This document shows positions 36,651-43,202 of a stretch of DNA of 43,202 nucleotides, in pieces. Each line of letters opens with the position of its first letter. Positions within the stretch are counted from its first letter, which is position 1. This stretch comes from Candidatus Bathyarchaeota archaeon (GTDB lineage: Archaea; Thermoproteota; CALKCG01; B24; JAGTQN01), in the NCBI GenBank assembly GCA_018396395.1, contig JAGTQN010000003.1:1-43202 (forward strand), written 5' to 3'. Position numbers and translations under genes: made by a program. Under the pieces are notes generated by a model. That model saw nothing but the letters and a program-made list of their open reading frames with translations, made no database searches and had not been told where the DNA came from.

Positions 36651-37499
36651 TTAAGTTTCCTTAAGCATTAAGGCATTAAGGTTCCTTGCATAATGCTTTG
36701 CAACATCCTTAGGGCTTGGGGCGTATATGATGCTCCGTCCCACATTTACAATGAGAAGCCCTCCCCTTCCAGCCCTTACAATCTTCTCCGGATCGCCTGC
36801 TTGGGCTCCAATACCTGGGAAGAGAATTGCCCTATCGGTCCCCAGGATTCTCCTCACAGCCTTTATATCCTCTTCAGAAACCCAGCCTGTGGCTCCGACT
36901 ATGCAACCATCAGCCCCTAAGGCCTTCACTTCTTCAGCGATCGCTAGGAAAAGGGGCTTGCCTTGGCTAACGTAAGATTCCTTCATGTACCGTCGGGCCT
37001 CGGGATTCGAAGTAAGGGTCAAGACAAGGATGCCAAGCTCCGGAGATTCTTGCCGACTCACTCGAAGAACTGCCTCAAGATTTCCAAGGAATGGATTGAA
37101 AGTAATGGAGTCGTACCCCCAGCGCCTGAAATGGAAGATTGCCGCTTGAATAGTTTCACTTATGTCGTTCAGCTTACAGTCCAGTATGGAAACGCATCCC
37201 GAGTCCTTTATAGCCTTCGTTAGGGCTTGGTGATCCTCTGTTCTGAAGCCGGATAAATAATGAAGGTTAGCCTTGAAGGCACAGGCATAGTCCTTCGTTT
37301 CTTTAATGATGTAGGTGCAAAACTTCAGCCTCGCTTCATTCTCGTCTTTGAGGGTGGCATAGGATTGAGGGATGACATCCCTAGAGCGCTGGGATGGGAG
37401 AGCTGGGTCTAGGCCAACACATAGCACTGAATTCTTCTCGGCCTGTGCCTTCTGAAGCTCAAGGAGGAACCTATGCACAGTCATGATTTTTAGCTCCAT
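36651..37499 (-). CDS. pyrF: Orotidine-5'-phosphate decarboxylase
   Basis: LCVGLDP, ILDCKLNDI (DxKxxDI), TSNP, VGAT, PGIGAQAG, GRSIIYA. Confidence 0.93.
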   Translation of the reverse strand: MELKIMTVHRFLLELQKAQAEKNSVLCVGLDPALPSQRSRDVIPQSYATLKDENEARLKFCTYIIKETKDYACAFKANLHYLSGFRTEDHQALTKAIKDSGCVSILDCKLNDISETIQAAIFHFRRWGYDSITFNPFLGNLEAVLRVSRQESPELGILVLTLTSNPEARRYMKESYVSQGKPLFLAIAEEVKALGADGCIVGATGWVSEEDIKAVRRILGTDRAILFPGIGAQAGDPEKIVRAGRGGLLIVNVGRSIIYAPSPKDVAKHYARNLNALMLKET

Positions 37500-37694
37500 C
37501 TTAGGATAAGCTTTACCTTACCTTCGATAGCATTATTTAATAACTTTAAGTTAAAAGATCCGAAGCCGTATGCGTTCAAATTCCTTAGCATCCATCCTAT
37601 TCTGAGCTTGGCATCCTCGATCCTTCAAAAACAACTTTAAATAAGGCTTCCTAACCCATTACATAAAAACAACCTGAAAGAGGAGAGGCGCCCA

Positions 37695-38144
37695 TTGGTT
37701 AAGAGAAGGGCCCATGCCCATGGAAAGGCCCATTCTGTTAGGCCGATTTCTAGAAAGGCGCCTCCATGGTGTCGCTTTGAACCCGAGGAGGTTGAGGCCC
37801 TCGTCATTAAACTGGGAAAGGACATGGTTCCTCCAAGCCTTATAGGAATGATTCTCCGAGATCAATATGGTATACCCCTTGTCAAGCAGATTACAGGCAA
37901 GTCTGTAACCCAGATCCTTAGGGAGAATAACCTAGCCCCCTCTATACCCAGCGACCTATCAAGCCTCGTGGCCAAGGCCGTTAAACTCGCAAGGCACCTA
38001 GACCGCCACAAGGCAGATTCAAAAAACAAGCACTCCCTTCAGCTCTTAGAAGCAAAGATACACAACCTTTCCCGCTATTATAAGAGAACTGGACAATTGC
38101 CAGAAAATTGGGAGTATAAGGCCATCGTGCTTTCTGCCAAATAG
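37695..38144 (+). CDS. rps15: 30S ribosomal protein S15
   Basis: GKAHSVRP, IGMILRDQYGIPLVK, HL..HKAD, EAKIHNLSRYYK. Confidence 0.96.
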   Translation: MVKRRAHAHGKAHSVRPISRKAPPWCRFEPEEVEALVIKLGKDMVPPSLIGMILRDQYGIPLVKQITGKSVTQILRENNLAPSIPSDLSSLVAKAVKLARHLDRHKADSKNKHSLQLLEAKIHNLSRYYKRTGQLPENWEYKAIVLSAK

Positions 38145-38178
38145 ATCCTAAAGAACCCAGATATCTGGCGAAAGATAA

Positions 38179-39654
38179 TTGACTGGCGAGTCAAAACGCC
38201 TCAACGAATTCTTTCAAAGGATTTCTGAGGCTGCCGTATTCCTCTCCAGAAATGCTTTAGCCAAGAATCCTGTGAGGATCGTTTCCCACTTGGATGCCGA
38301 TGGCCTTGCAGCCGCTAGCATTGTGGCAAGGGCCCTCGCGAGGCTCGGAGTCGGATTCCATGTGAGGATTCTCCAACAATTAGATGAGGAAAGTATTCCC
38401 GAAGCCTTTTCTGGAAAGCCTGGTTTCATCGTCTTTACAGATCTTGGGAGCGGTAACTTGGATTTGGTTCATAGTGCCCTCCAGGAGAACGGAGGGACGT
38501 GTCTCATTCTCGACCATCACCAGCCTCTAGAATTGGCTATCCAAGAAAGGGAGAATCTCTTGGAAGTCAATCCTTGTCACTTCGGCCTCGATGGTGGTGA
38601 GGAATTGAGCGCCTCGGGTCTCGCTTATCTTGTGGCAAAGGCTATGGATGATGTGAACATAAGCCTCGCATACCTTGGTCTCATAGGAGCCCTTGGAGAC
38701 CTCCAAGATCGCTCTGAAGATAGGGGCTTCAAGGGCTTGAATCTTCGGATCCTCGATGATGCTCTACAGAAGGGACAAGTGGAGGTCAATCATGACCTCC
38801 TTCTCTTTGGAAGGGAGACAAGACCGCTCCATAAGGCCCTAGCAACCACTATGAGTCCCCTTTTTCCTGGCTTGAGTGGGGAGGAAGACCAATGCCTTGG
38901 CTTTTTTAATAGCCTTGGCATTCCTGTCAAAGATGGAGATAGATTGAGGGTTCCCGCGGACCTAGATCAAGAAGAGAAGAAACGCCTCTACAGTGGCCTC
39001 GTCGAATATTTGGTTACGAGGGGCCTTCAAGCCTCTGAAGCCAAGCGCCTCATTGGAAAGGTTTACATTATTTTGAAGGAGGGGCGATTTACACCCCTCC
39101 GGGATGCGAGGGAATTCGCCTCTCTCCTCAACGCCTGTGGAAGGGTGGGGAAGGCAGGTCTTGCTCTAGCCTTGGGCTTGGGTGATCGTAGAGAGAAGGT
39201 CCTTCAGGAGGCCGATGAAACATTAGCCCTCTACAGGCGTAAGCTAACGCAGCAATTGGAAGCCCTAGAGAAGAGTCAGGGTACGATCGTGGAGCTTCAG
39301 AACCTTTATGTTGTGAGAAGCGAGGAAATCGTCGATGAAAGGATGCTGAGCCCTATCCTTGGGCTTCTCCATTTCCTAGGGAGGTTTCCAAAGCCTAAGC
39401 CAGTTTTGGCCATGAGCTATAGTGGTGAAGGAAAGGAAAGGCTCAAGGTCTCTATAAGGGCTGCGGATGCCTTAGTAAATGCGGGTTTAAACCTAGGTAT
39501 CATCATGGAAGGGTCTGCGAGGGAGGTCGGAGGAAGGGGAGGGGGCCATGCCATAGCTGCTGGGGCTACCATCCCTTCGGAAAAGCGGGATGCATTCCTA
39601 GCCACGATAGATAGAAGGATAGGTCTACAAATTGGAGGAAAACTTCTTGGATAG
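38179..39654 (+). CDS. DHH-family phosphoesterase (RecJ-like) of the rps15 operon
   Basis: SHLDADG, FTDLG, LDHH, GALGD, LLNACGR, GGGHAIAAG (DHHA1). Confidence 0.92.
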   Translation: MTGESKRLNEFFQRISEAAVFLSRNALAKNPVRIVSHLDADGLAAASIVARALARLGVGFHVRILQQLDEESIPEAFSGKPGFIVFTDLGSGNLDLVHSALQENGGTCLILDHHQPLELAIQERENLLEVNPCHFGLDGGEELSASGLAYLVAKAMDDVNISLAYLGLIGALGDLQDRSEDRGFKGLNLRILDDALQKGQVEVNHDLLLFGRETRPLHKALATTMSPLFPGLSGEEDQCLGFFNSLGIPVKDGDRLRVPADLDQEEKKRLYSGLVEYLVTRGLQASEAKRLIGKVYIILKEGRFTPLRDAREFASLLNACGRVGKAGLALALGLGDRREKVLQEADETLALYRRKLTQQLEALEKSQGTIVELQNLYVVRSEEIVDERMLSPILGLLHFLGRFPKPKPVLAMSYSGEGKERLKVSIRAADALVNAGLNLGIIMEGSAREVGGRGGGHAIAAGATIPSEKRDAFLATIDRRIGLQIGGKLLG

Positions 39655-39889
39655 GGCCTTCATAAGGATCGACTATGATGCCCCTGAAAAGGCTAGGGCT
39701 ATAGCTTTGGCCTTGAGCCCCGATAACGCCACATGCCCTAGAGGCCTAAGTATCAACACGAGGAATGAAGGGCCAAGCCTCGAGATAACCTTAGAGTCGA
39801 TTTTAAGACTTGAAACCTTTTTAGCCACCTTAGATGACCTAATGAGGTGCCTTCAAGTGGCGGAAAGGGTATTAGAAACTCTAGGCTAG
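39632..39889 (+). CDS. pcc1: KEOPS complex subunit Pcc1
   Basis: ALSPDN, FLATLDDLMRCLQVAE; conserved position between the DHH gene and rps3ae. Confidence 0.85.
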   Translation: MEENFLDRAFIRIDYDAPEKARAIALALSPDNATCPRGLSINTRNEGPSLEITLESILRLETFLATLDDLMRCLQVAERVLETLG

Positions 39890-39979
39890 GTGAAGCTAAG
39901 CAAGGTAAAGTAAGATAAAGTAAGGCGCAGTCGGATCAGGTTAAGCCAACGGGATTGGAAAAAATGGGAGGTATGGGAT

Positions 39980-40630
39980 CTGTCTTCCAAGGGAAGAAGG
40001 GTAAGGGATAAGTGGCGAGCCAAGGCTTGGTTCTCTGTCTATTCGCCACCATATTTCGGAGAAGTAGAACTAGGAGATATTCCTGCAAACGAAGGAAAGG
40101 CTCTCCTTGGCAGGAGTGTTCAGACTTCCCTCTACGATGTGACTAAGGATCCATCCCATATGAACATTGTGATAACCTTTCAGATAACGGATGTCCAAGG
40201 TAACAAAGCCAGAACCATATTCAAGGGCCACGAATATGCTAGGGACTATCTTAGGACCCTCATAAGGCGGGGGAGCAAAAGGGTTGATGGAATCTTTAAC
40301 GTGAAGACAAAGGATGGCTATGGCCTTCGCCTCTCGGTTCTCGCATGTACTTTACGTCGAATTAACTCGGCCCAAGGTAGCGCCATAAGGAGAATCATGG
40401 GGAAAATTCTTGAGGAGAGGTCCCAGGTCCTGAATTTCGAACAGCTCGTTCAAGAGGCAGTCGTCGGAAAACTGGCTTCCGATATATACAACGAAGCGAA
40501 AAAGATTGCACCTTTGAGGCATGTAGGGATTAGCAAATCGAAGCTCCTTTTCACACCAGCCCTTGAAGCGAAGGTTGAAGAGACCCCAAAGGAGCAAGTT
40601 CCCCCGAAGGGTAATCCCCTAATTCCTTAA
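39980..40630 (+). CDS. rps3ae: 30S ribosomal protein S3Ae (eS1), probable CTG start
   Basis: The frame extends upstream of the ORF-track start: SSKGRRVRDKWRAKAWFSVYSPPYFG; further in, GHEYARDYLRTLIRRG, KKIAPLR. Confidence 0.95.
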   Translation: MSSKGRRVRDKWRAKAWFSVYSPPYFGEVELGDIPANEGKALLGRSVQTSLYDVTKDPSHMNIVITFQITDVQGNKARTIFKGHEYARDYLRTLIRRGSKRVDGIFNVKTKDGYGLRLSVLACTLRRINSAQGSAIRRIMGKILEERSQVLNFEQLVQEAVVGKLASDIYNEAKKIAPLRHVGISKSKLLFTPALEAKVEETPKEQVPPKGNPLIP

Positions 40631-40672
40631 GAAGAAATAAATCGAAGGATAAACAGCTATAAATCGAATTGC

Positions 40673-42055
40673 ATGAATCCTGGAGGCCCCATCCCTCCTC
40701 CGAAGAAATCAAGGGTTCTAGACCCTTCTACCTTCGGTTTCGAATTGGCTAAGATTGTAGAAGAGCCAGCCGTCTTATCGGACCTGGCGATAAGGGAGGG
40801 CTTTTTAAGGTTTCAGGCAGGAGAAGGGGCTTCCCGTTGTGTCGCCTGTAAGGGGGCTCGGATGCTCTGTGGAAAGACTCGATGCCCTATTATACTTAGG
40901 GTTTCCTCATTTTTCCAAGTAGTCCCAAAAATCAGCTCCGATACTTTGGCTGGTTCCACGCCACCGGGCGTATTCGTAGGCCGTATAGGCTATCCCCATG
41001 TTTATGTGGGCCCCCTTACGCCTCCAATCTTAGGCGATACGACCCTCCTAGACCTTCCAGAGCTTTGGATAGGTAGAAAAATAGAGGAGATCGTAGCCTT
41101 CAGGTCCATGCTAGTAAGGGGGAAGACAAGGGCTAAGGTTTCAGATGTGGGAATCGGAGGGAGACTCCTCGAAGCCATCACTGAACTTGCCTTGGCATCG
41201 AAGCCCGTCGATCTGGAACTGACCTTCGACAGGCCACCAAGGGGATCCATGCTCCTAGACGATGAAGTCCAGCCCTTTGGCCCCTCAGCCATCGTCAAGA
41301 AGATGAAGGTGGGAAATGCCCATTGGGATAGGAGCGTACAGAAAGTCTATGCGGACACGGACCTTAAGGCCTCGGAGGCTGTCTTGACGCTTTATAAGGA
41401 GGGCGTTCTCGTAACCAAGATCCAGAGAGCATTCAGCATAGGAGCCTTTGGGTTAAAGCCCCAAAGAAGGCTTGTCCCTACGAGGTGGAGTATCACAGCC
41501 GTCGATAGCATCATCAGCAATGCCCTCATGGCGAAGGTAAGGGAGCTTCCCATCATCAATGAATATAGGCTCTACGAGTACGATCATCTGGACAACCGCT
41601 TCGAGATACTGATGATCCCCTCTAGCTGGAGTTATGAGAGCATCGAAGCCTGGTATCCAAAGACGATTTGGAATCCTGGGGGAAAGGAAATCGTTTACTT
41701 TGGGGACTATGAGGATTATGGAGGCAGGAGCAGCTATGCCAGTATGGGAGGCTGCTACTACGCAGCAAGGCTTGCCGTAACGGAGCACCTCGTAGGAGAA
41801 GGGAGGCAGGCAAGCGTCTTAATCCTGAGGGAGATCCATCCTGGCTATATTCTCCCAGTAGGGGTTTGGAATGTGAGGGAGAGTGTTCGAAGTGCCCTTA
41901 GGAATCAACCCTTAAAGTTCAACAGCCTCGAAGAAGCCTTAGGGCGTATAGCCGAGAGACTTGAAATTAGGCTTGAAACCTGGAAAAGGGTGAGTCGTAT
42001 GCTAAGGCTATTCCTCCATCAAAGAAGGATGGGGGATTTCTTGGAAAAAATCTAG
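40673..42055 (+). CDS. nreA: Nre-family DNA repair protein
   Basis: CVACKG..LCG..RCP, GSTPPGVFVG..GYP, LVPTRWSITAVD, GGCYYAARL, C-terminal PIP box QRRMGDFL. Confidence 0.92.
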   Translation: MNPGGPIPPPKKSRVLDPSTFGFELAKIVEEPAVLSDLAIREGFLRFQAGEGASRCVACKGARMLCGKTRCPIILRVSSFFQVVPKISSDTLAGSTPPGVFVGRIGYPHVYVGPLTPPILGDTTLLDLPELWIGRKIEEIVAFRSMLVRGKTRAKVSDVGIGGRLLEAITELALASKPVDLELTFDRPPRGSMLLDDEVQPFGPSAIVKKMKVGNAHWDRSVQKVYADTDLKASEAVLTLYKEGVLVTKIQRAFSIGAFGLKPQRRLVPTRWSITAVDSIISNALMAKVRELPIINEYRLYEYDHLDNRFEILMIPSSWSYESIEAWYPKTIWNPGGKEIVYFGDYEDYGGRSSYASMGGCYYAARLAVTEHLVGEGRQASVLILREIHPGYILPVGVWNVRESVRSALRNQPLKFNSLEEALGRIAERLEIRLETWKRVSRMLRLFLHQRRMGDFLEKI

Positions 42056-42267
42056 GCAGAAGATTCCAGAGAGCTTCTTTTTGGAGCCAGATTCTTTTGT
42101 AGCGGGTAATGGATATTATTTAGTTAGGTTATCCTTAGCGCTGAAAGGACGATTTAATCATTTAAGCCTGGGACCATCGATCTGTACATGATCGGTTATA
42201 GTAGTTCGGTCGAATTTCAAACTGAATGGCGGAAAGTCTAAATTAGTAGAAGGGAAGAATCCATGGT

Positions 42268-42747
42268 ATGCGGAAGTGTCCAAGCTGTGGCAGCGATGTA
42301 AATCCTGAGGATCGATTTTGCTGGATGTGCGGTACAAAAATATTGGAAGAGCCATCTGGAGCCCTCCTGGCCCAGGAAGATGTCAAACAAGTCCTTTTCC
42401 GAAGGCTTGATGCCCTTGCAAAAAAGGATGAGAAAGCCCTTCTGGATTCCTTCGACCGTAAGTTGTATACAAGGTTCGATGACTGGCCTCCTCCAAATCG
42501 CCAGGAATCGGAGGAAGCTTTGAAGAATGAGGTGGGAGGCATGAGGGCGCTCGGTAACTATGCCTATGAAGTCAAGGATCTAAAGGTTCAGGTCCTTGGC
42601 GATGTTGCCTTGGCCACATTCCATCTTCACTATCGGGGAAGGATGAGGGAGAGATCTTTCGATATACAGAGCCGAGTTACCACAATACTTAGGAGGGAGG
42701 GTTCAACGTGGAAGATCATCCATGAGCACTATTCCCGTTTTTCCTAA
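42268..42747 (+). CDS. Zinc-ribbon + SnoaL/NTF2-like domain protein
   Basis: CPSCG..FCWMCG, then GDVALATF..RVTTILRREGSTWKIIHEHYS. Confidence 0.85.
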   Translation: MRKCPSCGSDVNPEDRFCWMCGTKILEEPSGALLAQEDVKQVLFRRLDALAKKDEKALLDSFDRKLYTRFDDWPPPNRQESEEALKNEVGGMRALGNYAYEVKDLKVQVLGDVALATFHLHYRGRMRERSFDIQSRVTTILRREGSTWKIIHEHYSRFS

Positions 42748-42772
42748 ATAGTCAAGACATGTAGATACTGTA

Positions 42773-43096
42773 TTGAGGCTACTAATAACAAAGCAGGTGA
42801 GACCTACGGACCAGAGGGCTGTGGATCCCTTTGAGCCTGAGGCCTTTCTTAGAAGCATGAGGAATGTAAGACCAGGTCTAAGAACAAGGAGTAAAATCGT
42901 TAAGATTCTAAGGATCGGAAACTACACGGCTATGCAGATCGCCTCCTTAGGTGGAATGAGTTACCGTTCTGCCCTAAACCATCTCAAAGCTTTAGAGAAG
43001 GAGAAGATCGCTATGAAAACTGGATCGAGACCTTCCAAGTGGTCCCTTACCGGAGCTGGGCAGCAGAGTGTTACAAAATTCTTGGGTAAGGATTGA
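42773..43096 (+). CDS. Winged-helix HTH protein
   Basis: RSKIVKIL..TAMQIA..MSYRSALNHLKALEKE..W.LT..GQQ. Confidence 0.75.
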   Translation: MRLLITKQVRPTDQRAVDPFEPEAFLRSMRNVRPGLRTRSKIVKILRIGNYTAMQIASLGGMSYRSALNHLKALEKEKIAMKTGSRPSKWSLTGAGQQSVTKFLGKD

Positions 43097-43132
43097 ATAT
43101 GAAACCCTTTCTGAATAGTTGAAAAATGAAAA

Positions 43133-43202
43133 GCGCCGTTTGCCAGGCGACGGGGAGAGACTGCACCTCCCATTTCCAAGCTCCCTTACGGGAACCCGGA
43201 TT
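43133..43202 (-). ncRNA. 3' part of an unidentified GC-rich structured element (runs off window)
   Basis: Minus strand: hairpin CCGGGTTCCC-GTAA-GGGAGCTTGG, T-arm-like GGGAG-GTGCAGT-CTCTC, then CCCGTCGCC and a T-rich tract. Confidence 0.45.

Noticed and set aside
43133-43202. 5S rRNA, SRP RNA or RNase P RNA
   Set aside because: The expected conserved motifs were not recognisable; CCCGTAAGGGAGC resembles SRP helix 8, but here it sits in a fully paired stem.

Overview
Archaeal chromosomal segment. Gene content and style suggest a TACK lineage, most likely Bathyarchaeia (inference). The housekeeping backbone includes thrS, R15P isomerase, moaE, rpl1-rpl10-rpl12, rnp4, nep1, dephospho-CoA kinase, dcd, kae1, rps24e-rps27ae, lig, pyrF, rps15-DHH-pcc1-rps3ae and nre. 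It is interrupted by decayed accessory DNA: a tnpB pseudogene, two IS110 remnants, two copies of an IS6-like element (one nested inside an IS110), at least two MITEs, two broken aspartyl-protease genes, and sdpI and ABC-transporter pseudogenes. Highlights: (1) a tRNA-Ser gene with three BHB introns, next to an intron-containing tRNA-Val; (2) a ~2.8 kb island at that tRNA-Val with an integrase stub and a translationally coupled UPF0175 antitoxin - DUF3368 PIN toxin - cas4 operon, with one CRISPR-like repeat upstream; (3) probable non-canonical start codons on rps3ae (CTG) and rpl1 (ACG); (4) an unidentified structured RNA-like element at the right edge. All calls come from reading the sequence and recognising motifs; no searches were run.
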